Source of the DNA: Eledone cirrhosa
Taxonomy: Eukaryota
Length of the DNA stretch: 64,000 bases
Direction: 5' to 3'
NCBI GenBank assembly: GCA_964016885.1
Contig: OZ024746.1
Span: forward strand, 29,574,001 to 29,638,000
Shown here: positions 42,950-58,891 of the stretch, in pieces
Layout: each line of letters begins with the position of its first letter
Numbering within the stretch: the stretch's first letter is position 1
Translations under genes and position numbers: made by a program
Notes under the pieces: model-generated
The model's input: only the letters and a program-made list of their open reading frames with translations
Database searches by the model: none
What the model was told of the DNA's origin: nothing

Positions 42950-43160
42950 GATATCTTTCCTGGTTTTAGATTTGAACTTTTGTGTTCTCGAGTTCAAATC
43001 TCATCGAGATCCAAATTTACCGTTTTACTTTCCGAGATTGTTAAAATAAAGTACCAATAACGCACTGGGGTTGATTTAATCGACTAATCCCCCCAAATTA
43101 CTGGCCTTATGGCTATATCAAAAGGCATTATCATTATTATCATCATTATTATTATTATTA
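42950..43160 (+). mobile_element. Diverged family A-related SINE with (ATT)n tail
   Basis: gagttcaaatc, aaaataaagtacca, ctggccttatg. Confidence 0.65.
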
Positions 43161-43228
43161 TTAAACAAAAGTAGAAACAATTTACTGAATGTGAAGGCAA
43201 AACTCAAAAGCTACCATCACAACCTTCA

Positions 43229-45021
43229 GTGTTAGCAGCAGTATCATCTGAAAACGACATCACCACCACCACCACCACCACCGCCGCCACCACCACAACA
43301 ACAACAACTCAGAGCAACAACGCCAGTAACACCGACAGCTTCAATGTAAACACGGATGGCGGTGGCAAAACAGCAACAACAAATAAAACAACAACAACAC
43401 CAATAACAACAGCAAGAACGACAACACCAACAACAAGAGCATCAGAGGCACCACATTTGCTGCAGCAGCAGCAAAAACAAAGCGCTTATTGAATATTGAT
43501 ATTAGCGATAAAGACGAACAGTTGGCCCAGGCGTGGAGGCTAATTAAACGGGAGAAGTCCTGGGCAAACCTGACCATTCCGGACGGGGAAATAGCGGCCA
43601 TGCAAAGGAGGACTTTCGATGCATTTCGGTGCAGACACGAAAAGTGGAATTTTCCAGCCAAGAAGAGGTCGAGGCTGCTTTAGAGTGCATCGGAAGTGAC
43701 ATAGAGTATAAAGCAAGAGCCAAACAGTTCGGTACCATCTCGGTACTGTTCAAAACCGAGGCCCTTGTTATTAAGTAATCGGTGACCTCCCGCAGAACGG
43801 AACGCATTATCATGCACCCGTCCTACATGGATAACAGAACAGTAAAGGTCCGCATTCCCAGCATCCTACCAGGAATGAACATATGGTGGCTGCTGGGATG
43901 CATAATCGAGGAGGGGGACAGACACTACCCTCCTGGATATCAAAAGGATAGAGAGAGAAGACTGGTCCGGAATGGATTTGGAGATTCTTCTCCAAATGAA
44001 ACCGGAGGACATGAACAACATACTGGATTTTGCCCGCCTGCAGGACGGGACAACAATCCAACTAATCACTGAGGGAAGAAGGCCACACTGCTTCGTCTGC
44101 TGGGAAGCAACGCATCTGCAAGCCTTCTGCCCTCAGCGCAAAAATGCAGGGGGTCGCAAACCTCCTTTGTTTCCAACGCCAGTGTCAGCACGGAAAGCTG
44201 CACCACCACCAAAAACAACAACAACAAAGACACGGACGCCAACATCAAAAACAGTCGGAACACCACCAACACCGAAACCAATCCAAGGGGAAAACGAGGA
44301 AAGCTCTCCCCCCCCCCAATTATACACATAGACAAAACAATAAACGCACACATAGCCACAGATCCTTTGTCTTCCAGCAGCGAAGATGAAGCAAAACACA
44401 AAAGTGCAAAAAAACAGAGAAAAACTCACCAATAAAAAGCCCCAACAAAACATAAAAACATACACAACAAAAAATACAGACACCACTAACGCAAACACTT
44501 CCCCATTAACATCAGCACCAACAGCAACATCGACAACACCCCCACAGTCCCCGAAACGCAAACAACCTAAACAAACACAAGTACAAATAAACACACAAAT
44601 ACCTGAAATTGCAGAGACCACACCTACAACAAACACAGACATACCCGAAACAACACCACGAAAACCATCACCACCACAGTCACCAAAACGAAAACAAATA
44701 AAACCACACCAAAAAAATGTTAAAAACTTCGTGCTTGTCAGAAGGGCCAACGATAAACTGATGGCCCTCTTAGCACGAAGCGAGGACATTCAAACAGAGG
44801 GGGAGATTTTTGAAATGAGCACATTTTGCGTGCCAGAAGATTTGCTTCTGGTCCGAATGTCACTCGATTCCTTCAAAGAAATTCGAGAGAGCTTTCCTCA
44901 AGACTTGGCAACCCCGAATGTGAAACCCACATCGAGACTTTTAAAGGGGTTCTCAAAAGAAACCCCACCAACCATGGAGGTCGAACCATCCGACCTTCAC
45001 AAGACCCCGAGAGGTAAGTAA
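43229..45021 (+). pseudogene. LINE ORF1 (gag-like, CCHC zinc knuckle, Thr/Pro-rich linkers)
   Basis: EGRRPHCFVCWEATHLQAFC; split by frameshifts and stops. Confidence 0.8.
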
Positions 45022-45050
45022 ACCTTCCCTCACTCTTTTAGCTTGCCAAC

Positions 45051-47399
45051 ATGGCCATATTAAGAGTAGGAAGTTTAAATGTTCGCGGCCTGGGGGTCAC
45101 CCTGGGAGCAGGGTCGCCTGCTGAACGACCTCAGGTCGCTGGAAATGGATGTGATTGCCGTCAGCGAGACCAGAATTTCTGACACGCGCGCACTAGTCCC
45201 CATTTTCGATGACTATCAGATCTTCGCATCTGTAAGCAGGCCGGGAATGGGGGGGGGGGGGGGTGGGGGTGGCAGTGCTGTTTAGGAAAGGCCTGGATCT
45301 CGAGGTAAGTTCGATCTTCCGGGACCCGGACGGTATGTTGGTGGTCCTGGACAGGGGCCGGACGACCGGACTTCTTTAGGCGCCTGGAGATCTTTCTGGG
45401 TACGTCTCGCCCTTTACTGTTAACGGGGGACTGGAATGGCATCTTAGATGCACGCTGGGATTGTGTGGGAGTAGCCGATAGGAGCGGGGATGCAAAAGCA
45501 CCTACTCAAGCACCTACTCAGCCAGTTCCAACTGACTGACAGGTATCGACTAGATTTCCCCAATGTACCAGTATGGACATGGACCAACCGAATGGGGTCA
45601 TCTAGATCGTATATAGACAGGATCTTCATTAGGAAAATAGATAGAAATAGTGTAGGCTGCCCACTTTTTAAAACGGTCGCCTATTCAGATCACAAATTTG
45701 TGATCTGTACGGTCGACCTAGATAAAACGAGTAGGTTAGAACCGGGTTACTGGAATCTGAACATGTCATTTCCGGCACGTAAGGCTTACATAGTCCGAGT
45801 CAACAATTTAGTTAAACAAAAGTTGACAGGGGGGATCATCAGCAACAAATGGTGGGGGGCTCTCAAAAGAGAGATTAGAGTAACTTCGATAGAGTTCAGC
45901 AAAGAACTAGCGTTAGAGAAAAATAGAAAGGGGGGGAGCTGGTAGATAAGTTAGACGAGGCTATTTGTAGTGGCTGGAGCTGTTGCAGGGCATCTCGCTC
46001 GAACCGGGACGTGGAAAGGCGGTGTCGGCTTATGCGGACGACATCACCGTGATGGTGTCGAACACCTTAGAAATCGAGGTGGTCGGCATCTTATTGAAGG
46101 AATATGAAAGGTTGACAGGAGCCAAACTTAACCCGGAAAAGTCGGTGGGCTTGCAGCTCGGAACCTGGAGAGGCAAACCCATGCCGTCCAACAGCGTCAT
46201 GGGGCGCTGACGGACGGACCGGTAAAGTTGCTCGGCGTTTGGTTTGGACCAGACCTCCAGGTGGAAAAGAATTGGGACGAGGTAACGAGCAGAGTAGCCA
46301 GTCTCACCCAAAAATGGGCTGGGAGGAAGCTATCACTGAAAGGTCGCGCGGAGCTGGCGAATACGTACATCGCGTCCGTCATCTACTACCGCCTGAACGT
46401 CGTGCCTTGCCCCCGTCCGCGCCTCGTCAAGTTGGAACGGCTCCTCTTCAAATTCTTGTGGAAGGGACAAGTTCCGTTGGTGAGGCGGTCCATCTGCTGC
46501 CAGCACCCTCTACGCGGAGGGCTGGGCATGCCGTGGCTAATAGTGCGCAGACTTGCGTTGAGGCTGCGACATCTCTTGATATTCTGCCTAAACGGTGAAC
46601 AGGTGTGGTCGCCGTTTATCAGACGGGCCTTTCCGCAGCTCAATTCTTTGACTGAGCTGCAGTCCTGGGTCAAGAAGAGACCGAGACTGGGTGACTGAAA
46701 CCTGGAATGTTGCCAGGCACTCACTGCCCTCTACCAAGCGGGCAATGCGATCAGTGGAACTTCCACTCTCGAGTTCTATAGAGGATTAGTGGTGGACAAG
46801 TGCGATGACGCACTCGGAGATGCTTTGGGCCTCGACGAAGTCGAACAGACCAGTCCGTACCGGAGGACTTTCGAGCCGGGGACGATGGACAATTTCCATA
46901 AATCCCTCGCTTGGCAGTGCTACCGGGGGCACTGCCGGTTCGGGATAAACTCTACAGGCACGGAAGTGCTGTCAGACGGACCTGGTCAAGATGCGCACAG
47001 AACGACGAAACCGTTTTGCACGCACTTGTCCAATGTCCGTGCATTACTGACTTGTGGAGTTATGTCGAACAGCTACTGTCGCGTGTCGAACGAATCCGGC
47101 TATCGGCCCAGTCCATAGTGAAGATCGACCCGCCGCCTTCCTTAGGTCAGGAAGAGCAGGACATTTTTCTCTGTCTGGTGGCAGTTGCGAAAAAGGTTAT
47201 ATGGTGGACCAGATTAAAAGGACTGAAGACAGACACTTTTCTCTTCGGCCAATCCCTCATCAACTTCTTCAAGTTTCACCTGGAAAGGAAGGTGAGTGTG
47301 GAGATAGAAGTGCTGCCCCCCAGTACATTTGCTAAAAGGTGGATGAATGTGGCGAGAATGGCTCGTGTGAATGGGCCTACTCTGACCATGCGCCTATAG
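45051..47399 (+). pseudogene. LINE ORF2 (APE endonuclease, partial RT, zf-RVT)
   Basis: MAILRVGSLNVRGL, AVSET, GDWN, YIDRIF, SDH; AYADDI; LGVWFG; GGLGMP; LPVRDKL..C..ETVLHALVQC. Confidence 0.9.
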
Positions 47400-47688
47400 G
47401 CTAGCTAACTTGAGGAGAGGGGTGCTCTCCCTGGGTGCCCTAGAAGCGCAGGGTGGTTCAGGATTGGTGGGGTACCCGAGTCACCCCAGGGTCGTCCACC
47501 CCCTATCGGGGAACTTATTTTGTTATATTTATGCATAGTTTATTTTATATTTTTTAATATCTTCATTGTTAAATTAGTCTTGCCATTGTGCACTTTTATT
47601 CGACCTTATTATAAATCCCCCACTGTCCCTGTCTTTGTAATAATAAATGTGGCTAATAAATGAAATAATAATTATTATTATTATAAAA

Positions 47689-47875
47689 GGCGGTGGATTG
47701 GCAGTATCGGTGGAGGGTCGGACGCCATGCTTTCCAGCATAGTTACGTCCCTTTACGATCTGAGTTCAAATCCCGCCGAGGTTGACTTTGCCTTTCATCT
47801 TTACGGGGTCGATAAAATAAAGTACCAGTAATGCACTGGGTAATTGCTGGCCTTGTGCATAAAGTAGAAACAATT

Positions 47876-47906
<31 letters not shown>

Positions 47907-47907
47907 T
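47689..47907 (+). mobile_element. SINE family A, full length with (ATT)n tail
   Basis: A-box-like tggcagtatcgg, B box gagttcaaatcc; central gactttgcctttcatc..ggggtcgataaaataaagtaccag resembling the Nin/Deu-type domain (from memory). Confidence 0.9.
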
Positions 47908-48151
47908 TTGTATTTCACGGCATTAAGATAGATTAAAGAAGCGAATACGACTCCTTGTCATTGAAAACTTAAGATAAGGAGACCTTCTGGTCTTTGTTTA
48001 TCAGTTAATTGACAGTAGATTTAGGACGATATTTGGAGCAGTACCTAGAAGTACCGAATGCTGTAATGTATTTATTTCGTACTCAATATCAAGCCTTATG
48101 CAAGACATTCTCATTTTGCTCTCCACACAAACTACACCAATTAGAGATTTC

Positions 48152-48270
<119 letters not shown>

Positions 48271-48355
48271 CGTGTTGAATATATATATATATATATATAT
48301 ATTTATTTACTCAACATTATAAAAAAGTAAAGGATATGAAATTATTTATTCTTTC

Positions 48356-48477
48356 AATTCTATGCACGTTTCAATGCAGATAAAATATCACATCCATTTG
48401 CAGAACAACTGGAAATTATTAGTTAAAAATTATATACATCATGGTTACTATAACCCAACTGTATTTCTTCAGGAAAT
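48356..48477 (-). ncRNA. Probable type I HHR with long stem II, degenerate
   Basis: atttc CTGAAGA aat-a-cag..ctg-c-att GAAA cgtgca TA gaatt, AATAAA downstream. Confidence 0.5.
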
Positions 48478-49088
48478 CTTATACAGAACAACAAATTACA
48501 ATAAGAGGTTTAACCTCACAATGTTTTAAGAATCGATTAAAGAAGTATCAAGACAAGGAAATGTCAAAATGCATACAACGTTTAAGCAGGCAATAAGATT
48601 TATGTATGTTATGCAAAAGGAATTTGTAAAAAAACAAACATGTAAGGTTATAAGTTTACTTGCGTTTTTTTTTTTTTGTTTTTTTCGGTAGATTGCAGTG
48701 AACTGGTTAATCTATGATTTATTTATCTAGAGAATCTTTAACGCTTTTCTTTACAAAGTTATGATAGTTTGTTAATTCACTTACAAGAAAAGCACTTGAA
48801 AACCACCTGGCAGCCACATACAGTTAGCATACTATGTATGGAATAATATATATATATAAAGTATAAGATGTATCGTATATATAGAGAGAAATATATATGT
48901 ATATAATACTCAGCACCTGTATAAATTTACCATCTTTTTTTTCCCCGAATCTGGTCCGAAAATTAAAATCAAATAATTTCTTTTTCTTTGTTTGTAAAAC
49001 ATTTTGATTATTGTTCAAAGTCATCTTCTTTTAAGTACACTATCAATCCTGGGATCGATAAGATAAAGTACTAGTTATAATATAAGTG

Positions 49089-49142
<54 letters not shown>

Positions 49143-49147
<5 letters not shown>

Positions 49148-49250
49148 ATACTTTGGGAGGGTCATGTTGCCAATAAGAAACACACGCACCAGTTGCTTTC
49201 ACTTCAATTTATTATAATATTGGCAACATGACCCTCCCAAAGTATAACAA
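49143..49250. repeat. 33-bp inverted repeat within the 9860 repeat family
   Basis: 49143-49175 vs 49218-49250. Confidence 0.85.
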
Positions 49251-49305
49251 CATCGGTTTCAACACACGATTTCAGATAAAGAATCTTGCTAAACAAATTC
49301 AGAAA

Positions 49306-49345
<40 letters not shown>

Positions 49346-49489
49346 CGAAGGAGTTGTGGTAAGGAACCAGATGGATCATAACGCACCAGAGTACTCAATA
49401 CTTAGGTAGTAGAGTGGGTAATAGGAAAATGTTGAACCCCGACGGCAGAGCTCAAGCCGTTTCTGCCGTCGTGGTTCCACATTTTCCTC

Positions 49490-49527
<38 letters not shown>

Positions 49528-50374
49528 CTTATATATATGTCTGTGAGTGTGTGTGTGCGCGTGTCTGTGCCTGTGAGTGAGAATGTGTGTTTGTGAAGGG
49601 GCGTAGCTTAGTGTCTGATGATTTCGTCTTAGGATCGTCATGTGTTGAATTGGATTTCTGGCGTTCTGTTGCATTCTTAAGCAGGACACATGGATTCAGG
49701 CCACTGAGCTGGCAAAAATGAAATGTACCTGCATTCGGTGCGATCTCAACAAGAACTAAGTCATGATTATCAGGGCTTGTGGAATGCTCAACCACTCACC
49801 TTATTTTATGAGCAGGCTGTTTCAGTGTTCGTACAACAGAAACTGGTGGATGTCCAACACACACACTTTTGAATGTTGTGGAAACAAGTTTGATGAATAG
49901 TACGGCTTTATATCTGAAGAAAATAACTTTTTATGGAGGATTTTGAAACTATAAAATTTGACTAAAATAAAAAATAAACTCAATATTTTTTATATATGCA
50001 AAATTTTATATAAACGTGAGTAATAAAATGCTGTGATTTCTTAGATAATTAAAAAGGGATTTATTCCGATGGGGTTTCACCAGAGTATGGCATTTCTGAG
50101 AGATATGAAGTGATTATTTGATATAGATGATTTCAGTTAGCTGCGTTTTAAAGTAAAGCAATGCAACTTCGGAACGACGTAAAACCAAAAGTAATGGTAT
50201 AAAAATGAAATAAAAAAAATAAATTTGAATAAAATGACAAAAGGTGCATGAGGGCTGTCTTTAGAATGGAAGGGAAAATGAGAAATAAAACTTTCCAAGT
50301 GAAGAATGGAAATCGTTTAAAGCGATGAGATGATATTTCAATTACAAAGAAACACACACATCCTCACACAAGGA

Positions 50375-50470
<96 letters not shown>

Positions 50471-50620
50471 GAGATAGATAGAGGGGGAGAGAGAGAGAGA
50501 AAACCCAAAACGTTAATATCCAAAGTCTAAAAACCACAAAAATCCTCATCAGAATGTGCATCAGCATCTCTCTCTTATAGAGTTGCATTTAATGAGCTAA
50601 GTAAGAAATGGTAAAAATTG

Positions 50621-50700
<80 letters not shown>

Positions 50701-50942
50701 TATATAATATATATATATATAATATATATATAATATATATATATAATATATATATAATATATATATATAATATATATATATAATATATATATATATATAA
50801 TTTATATATATATATATATGTTTGTATCTGTGTTTTACAGATTTATGAAATATTAACATATACACACTAAACATGTATAGAATGAAAGATTCACTCGCTG
50901 CTTATAGTCACTTATTTCTATTACATGTATACACATATATAC

Positions 50943-50973
<31 letters not shown>

Positions 50974-50986
50974 CTGTATATATATA

Positions 50987-51152
<166 letters not shown>

Positions 51153-51216
51153 TGTATATATATATACTGTATATATATATATATATATATATTGTATATA
51201 TATATATATATATATA

Positions 51217-51297
<81 letters not shown>

Positions 51298-51543
51298 TGT
51301 ATATATATATATATATATATACTGTATATATATATATATATATATATACTGTATATATATATATATATATATACTGTATATATATATATATATATATACT
51401 GTATATATATATATATATATATACTGTATATATATATATATATACTGTATATATATATATATATATATACTGTATATATATATATATATATACTGTATAT
51501 AATATATATATATACTGTATATATATATACTGTATATATATAC

Positions 51544-51648
<105 letters not shown>

Positions 51649-51691
51649 CACATATATATATATATATATATACTGTATATATATATATATA

Positions 51692-51753
<62 letters not shown>

Positions 51754-51865
51754 CTGTATATATATATATATATATATACTGTATATATATACTGTATATA
51801 TATATATATATATATACTGTATATATATACTGTATATATATATATATATATACTGTATATATATA

Positions 51866-51969
<104 letters not shown>

Positions 51970-52018
51970 TGTATATATATATATATATATATACTGTATA
52001 TATATATATATATATACA

Positions 52019-52080
<62 letters not shown>

Positions 52081-52149
52081 CTGTATATATATATATATAT
52101 ATACTGTATATATATATATATACTGTATATATATATATATATATATATA

Positions 52150-52226
<77 letters not shown>

Positions 52227-52261
52227 TATATATATATATATACTGTATATATATATATATA

Positions 52262-52478
<217 letters not shown>

Positions 52479-52542
52479 CTATATATATATACTATATATA
52501 TATATATACTGTATATATATATATACTATATATATATATATA

Positions 52543-52733
<191 letters not shown>

Positions 52734-52805
52734 CTGTATATATATATATATATATAGATATATATATACTGTATATATATATATATATATATTTAATATA
52801 GATGA

Positions 52806-52854
52806 GATTCTACAGGACTGGAACTGTTTCATTCATTAGAAATCATCAGGAATC
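52806..52854 (-). ncRNA. Family M HHR
   Basis: Core and stems I and III intact; stem II has a substitution. Confidence 0.6.
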
Positions 52855-52875
52855 CCCGATTCAACCCGGAATAAC

Positions 52876-52984
<109 letters not shown>

Positions 52985-53056
52985 CTGTATATATATATAT
53001 ATATATAGATATATATATACTGTATATATATATATATATATATTTAATATAGATGA

Positions 53057-53105
53057 GATTCTACAGGACTGGAACTGTTTCATTCATTAGAAATCATCAG
53101 GAATC
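53057..53105 (-). ncRNA. Family M HHR, 251-bp tandem duplicate of 52806-52854
   Basis: Identical sequence at 251-bp offset. Confidence 0.6.
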
Positions 53106-53126
53106 CCCGATTCAACCCGGAATAAC

Positions 53127-53178
<52 letters not shown>

Positions 53179-53202
53179 TGTATATATATATATATATATA
53201 TA

Positions 53203-53240
<38 letters not shown>

Positions 53241-53268
53241 TGTATATATATATATATATATATATATA

Positions 53269-53332
<64 letters not shown>

Positions 53333-53390
53333 TGTATATATATATATATACTGTATATATATATATATATACTGTATATATATATATATA

Positions 53391-53431
<41 letters not shown>

Positions 53432-54047
53432 GAAAGAAAGAGTGAAAGAAAGAGGGAGAGAGGTGGAGAAAGTGAAAGAGAGAGAACTATGACACCTACA
53501 GTTAAACAGAGTATGTCTCAATAGAAATAGGATTTGATGTAAATATGTCTTTAAAATGGGATTCCCACTACATAGAATGTTATACAATTGGCTAAACTAT
53601 AATTTAAAACATATATAATAAACAAGTAAAAAAGCTATCAAATATCGAACAAAGGACATAGAATTATCAAAACGTATTTTAGTCACCAACAAAGAGTTGA
53701 AAAATAAAGACTTGTATTTGGATTTCTAGCTGATTGACTTGAAATTATTACATGTCTCATGCTGGTAGTTATATAACTACACCATTTGATAGGGATGGCA
53801 TCGTATGCCGATCTTGGCGGGGTTTCGAAATATTTGTAGCTAAAGAAAAACAGGTAATTATACCAAAATATATATAATCTAAATGTGATATAGTAGACCT
53901 AGTCGTTTCAGCCTCAGATAGAATGGTGTACCAGAGTTGTTTTAGTTTTTCTGTAGTCTGCTTTCAGATCCCTGCAGTATTTCAGTATTTACTATACTTT
54001 TCATTCTCCCTGGGTCTATAACGAAATCACGTGTTTATCTCGTGTGC

Positions 54048-54087
<40 letters not shown>

Positions 54088-55102
54088 AGCCTTGATATTC
54101 ATCTAGCTCAGTTTCAATAGAATCGCAAGTGTGTCCATGCCTATTCACAACTACATCAACACATAAATACATAGTTTATGCTCCCGTCAAAATATACCAG
54201 ATTGTCTTCAGATCAAATCCATGATCTTACGATTGTGAATCCTGCATCATAACCACGATACGATTTGCCTTCATGCGCCACTGCAGATAACCAAATGTCA
54301 AACGATGCATATCGGACAAAAGCAGGTACAGTTATCTGATAAGATTGCCTACAGTTTCATTCTACGAATATTCATTTACAATGTGTAAATCGACCTGAAT
54401 CTAGAAACAAACAGTTGTATTGTACCTAGGCTAGAGTAAAAGCAGTTGGATTGTACCACGATGTTGTATTTGTGTTTGTAACATAGACGCCACTATGTGA
54501 CTGGCATCCATGCTATCAGGTGCGACGGATCTAACGAAGCGTCTGTACACCTGAACACGTAGAGGAAACGTAAATAAAGGTAACTAAATCCAAGCAAGTA
54601 ATTTATTCCCCACTTTATCGAATGTACATGTTTAACGCCCTCACATCATCCACTGATCATTCACAGAAAAAAAAAACTTCAAAAACTTTCCTAAAAACTT
54701 ACATAAGTCTCTTCACATCTAAAATGCTGGAACATTTAATTATATGGCTTAATACTGGCCGATAATGTGCATTTATGTGTCACAATAATGTCGCAACAAT
54801 GACAAGGACGCTCGCTTAGATATAATCCATATGATATATATATATAATAAGGAAATACAAAGTACTTTAGATGTGACAGTACTTTATTCATAAGGCCGTA
54901 ATACATATTTAGATGACGTCAGTGGCCACGCGATTCTGCATAGTACCCAGTGCCCATGATCTCATCAGACAGCTTCTTACATAATAAGGTTACAATCAAG
55001 GAGGTAATCCAAAATTGAAGTGACAAGGGAACGGACAAACACCTATGTTCATGAAGCGAATGCCCATTGAGTTCTCGAATTGTATTATATCAATGTTTTA
55101 CC

Positions 55103-55163
<61 letters not shown>

Positions 55164-56443
55164 GGGAGGGGGGTTTACACACTCACACATAACTTTGCTT
55201 TGCCTTATTCTCCATCTACCCCTCTCTCTATATACATACTTATACATAACACATATACACGCACACACATACTTATATGTGTGTATATTCTTATGAATGT
55301 GTAGCCGCGCGTTGTACATATTTGTATAAAAGTAAAAGAATGCCTCGATGTGCGTCTGTCTTGGTGAAAAGGTCATTCAGCCAGTGGACAAGTAGTCAGA
55401 CTGAGAGAGAGGAGAGAGAAAGAGAGAAACAGAATACGAGATAGGGGTAATTTATATGAATGTGGCCATTGTCCAGAGACTAAAAGCAACAAGAGAAAAA
55501 AAAAGAAAAATGAAAAGAAAAATATATTGATAATACCTGTCTGCACATGCGCAGTTTCACCTGTCTTTGAATGACTGGTACTTTAGAGCTGATGTGGTGA
55601 GTTAGTAATCTGTATTGTAATAAACATTCTATTCTTGAACAGCTGTCTATAACATGTTTAAAGAATTTAAATCTCCTACGTTCTGTTTCCCTCGATCACA
55701 ATCAATATAGAAACAACAACAAAAACGACAACAACAGAAGCAGTAACTATGACTTACATTGAATAAAACTAATTTCTTCAGTGACCCAAGTTCTACAGTG
55801 AAGCATTGCATACTAAATGTACACTGATTTACCTAGAGGAATGTAGTGGATTGTTCCTTTCTGTACTGAGTGAATATCTTTCTTGAAGTTTTACCAATTC
55901 TATCTTTCTCAGTGTCAGTATTTCACAACAATCATGCAAGGAAAGCTTCGGGCAGACAAAGAATCGACGTCATTAGAATAATTATGCCTATTAAGATTAG
56001 GCGATGCAGTTTTATCACATCCAATACACGTGGAGTTTGCTACAAGCGGAACTGTCCATCATAGCTATATCTGCGCTCTGCTCTTTCAGTAGTATGACCA
56101 TACACTGAAACCATATATACTCATTGGAATACAAATACTTTAACATGAAAATCCCTTCATATATTATATATTACTGTGATAATTTTCTGTTACCACACTG
56201 AGTTTCCTGATTCCTGCTGAGCACAGGAATCCGAGAAATAGCAACAGAGAATAGCAACAGAGAACATACATTAACATACATACATAGCAACATACATACA
56301 CGCAAGCTGATGTTTTTAAATATCACTATACTTAAAATGTACAAACATTAAGTAAATGAACACACAATATATATGGAAAGCGTATACAATTATTTTCTGG
56401 AGATAAAGAAGACAGGACTTCGAACGATTGCTTCTTCTTGCTA

Positions 56444-56513
<70 letters not shown>

Positions 56514-57768
56514 CATAGTTGATGTAGTTTGTTGCTGTAATTAAAAGAGCCTAGCTTTGTCACAGTATCATGCTGAATTTCCTTGAGAATTATGTTATAG
56601 GTACACGTGTTTATGGAATGCTAGTTGACTTAGACTTTAATTTCGGGAGCAGTCTCTTCCGTTCATTGTTCACCTGGAAGACTCATCGTCGAAACCGACG
56701 GAGATCCATTGGTATCGGTACTGATCGAAGATAACTATTTTATGTGCGTTAGGAATGTTAGGTTAGGCTAAGGTGGACCGCACAACAATACCTTATAGGC
56801 ACACATACTTACAGACACTCACAGACACACGTTGCTTACAGACTCGCATGTTTACAGACACATACACTAGCTTAGAGACACTCACATACACAAGATTATA
56901 GACACACACTCACAAATGCACACACAAACACCTGCTTACATATTGACGTGCTTAGGCAAACACAAACACATTCATAGTTAAACACATACATGCACACAAC
57001 CAAGCACACACATAAGTGCTCAACAAAATCAGACACCAGGCTGGCGTGCTATTCCTTCCTTTACGTTCAGATTTCCGTCTTCACAAATATAAAAAAAAAT
57101 CAGTGTTGAATGCATCATAAAAGGAGAAAGAAAGAAAAATCAACCTAATTTTCAGATATTTTCAACCTAATTTACATATATTTTAAAATATATATCCGAT
57201 TACTGCCTTAAATCAGCTATCCACACATGTGTTTCTCACCCTCTCACTATGACATTGTGATATGCTCATATTTCCCCCCTAGAACACTTATTTCTCCTTA
57301 ATTTGAATTCATTTTATGTATCTTTAAAGTCTTTGATGAATCAAATCAAATGATATTAAAAAGTGATAGGGAACACTTTCTTTTTGTTTCAGCCTGGTGA
57401 CTAGTATGTAGCTTTACTCTCATATACTGGGAAACTTACTTAAATGAGAATAATTAAAACTAATCCTACCTATAGACTCTCATTAATTTTTAGAAACGTG
57501 TGTAAGACTAATAAAAATGTTGAAAAAATTTCATCTGAACTCTTGGTTCCATTATTTACTATTACTAATATTAATGCTCTGTGACCTTACACTCATGCAA
57601 TAGTTTGGGTTGATGCACCTTAGATGAATCGATTGTGCAGATTTGTGACACATTGAGCTACAAATCTTATTGGCATATCTTATGTTTGTTTTCTCAACTT
57701 ATTACTTTATTCATATATATGTATATAAATATAATATAAGATCAAAACACGGTTAAAAGAGTTCCAAG

Positions 57769-57839
57769 TATTTTAGTATGCGCATTTCAAAAACAAATAT
57801 CATCATGAGATGATATTTGCGTTTTCATCAGATAAAATA
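57769..57839 (-). ncRNA. Type I HHR (antisense arm, first stem I pair mismatched)
   Basis: Reverse complement of 57922-57991 with small differences. Confidence 0.7.
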
Positions 57840-57921
57840 GGGATACATGATATGAAGCATATATGTTGATTTAAAACTTCACTATTCACAAGTGTTTCTT
57901 AAGCTTCATATCATGTATCCC

Positions 57922-57991
57922 TATTTTATCTGATGAAAACGCAAATATCATCTCATGATGATATTTGTTTTGAAATGCGCATAATAAAATA
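57922..57991 (+). ncRNA. Type I HHR
   Basis: tattttat CTGATGA aaacgcaaatatcatc-tcat-gatgatatttgtttt GAAA tgcgca TA ataaaata. Confidence 0.88.
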
Positions 57992-58210
57992 CTTGGAACT
58001 CTTTTAACCATCTTTTGATCTTATATTATTTATACTCCAATCCTACAAACTGCAGAGTGCTACTTATCCGATATTTGCATTGCTTTATTGTGCTACAATA
58101 ACACTCACCTCCTACATGTATATAAATATATATATATATGAAAACGTACATACAAACACCGTATGTGCAGTTCGAAACCTTGAATCCACCAAACGCTGAG
58201 GAAATATCAG

Positions 58211-58406
58211 CATAAGAGGATGCGGGAACCTCAGACGCAGAAAACAGTTGCAACTACAGTCAGTTGCTATGAAAATAGTAGTGGCAGCTGACAATATTCC
58301 ACCGTCTCTGGGGGGGTCTTTGCTTTATTTTATGGACTATTCTCAAGTAACTGACTGTAGTTGCAGTTGTTTTCTGCATCTGACCTTCCTGCATCACCTT
58401 CTTATG
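58211..58406. repeat. ~55-bp imperfect inverted repeat
   Basis: 58211-58265 vs 58349-58406. Confidence 0.75.
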
Positions 58407-58446
58407 TGTAGAGACCTATAAATACCATATTTATTTTTTGATACCC

Positions 58447-58497
58447 AGATTCCTGATGATTTCTAAAGAAAGAAACAGTTCTAGTCCTGTAGAATCT
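58447..58497 (+). ncRNA. Type I HHR, family M
   Basis: agattc CTGATGA tttc-taaa-gaaa GAAA cag-ttctagtc-ctg TA gaatct; GUA site. Confidence 0.85.
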
Positions 58498-58626
58498 CAT
58501 CTATATTAAAATTTTATACTCTGCAATGTGTTGAGTAACTTACTTACAGTGGTTACCTCCGATTCAACCCGGAATAACGTCTATATATATATATATATAA
58601 TATCGTACCTTCCTGCATCTTCTTAT

Positions 58627-58705
<79 letters not shown>

Positions 58706-58840
58706 CATAAGAAGATGCAGGAAGGTACAATATTATATATATATATATATATATAGACGTTATTCCGGGTTGAATCGGAGGTAACCACTGTAAGTAAGGT
58801 ACTCAATACATTGCAGAGTATAAAAGTTTTAATATAGATG

Positions 58841-58891
58841 AGATTCTACAGGACTAGAACTGTTTCTTTCTTTAGAAATCATCAGGAATCT
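58841..58891 (-). ncRNA. Type I HHR, family M
   Basis: Reverse complement of 58447-58497. Confidence 0.85.

Larger units (their letters stand above)
43164..47670 (+). mobile_element. Tx1/L1-clade LINE, near full length, internally deleted and disrupted
   Basis: Two ORFs, 3' UTR with AATAAA, flanked on both sides by (ATT)n. Confidence 0.9.
57732..58028. repeat. Inverted repeat (~126-bp arms), each arm carrying an HHR
   Basis: 57732-57858 vs 57903-58028. Confidence 0.9.

Noticed and set aside
47689-47780. tRNA gene
   Set aside because: A and B boxes belong to a multi-copy SINE head; no cloverleaf
55758-56105. Minus-strand segment bounded by tttcag and gtaagt
   Set aside because: Stops in all three frames; at most a non-coding exon, unsupported
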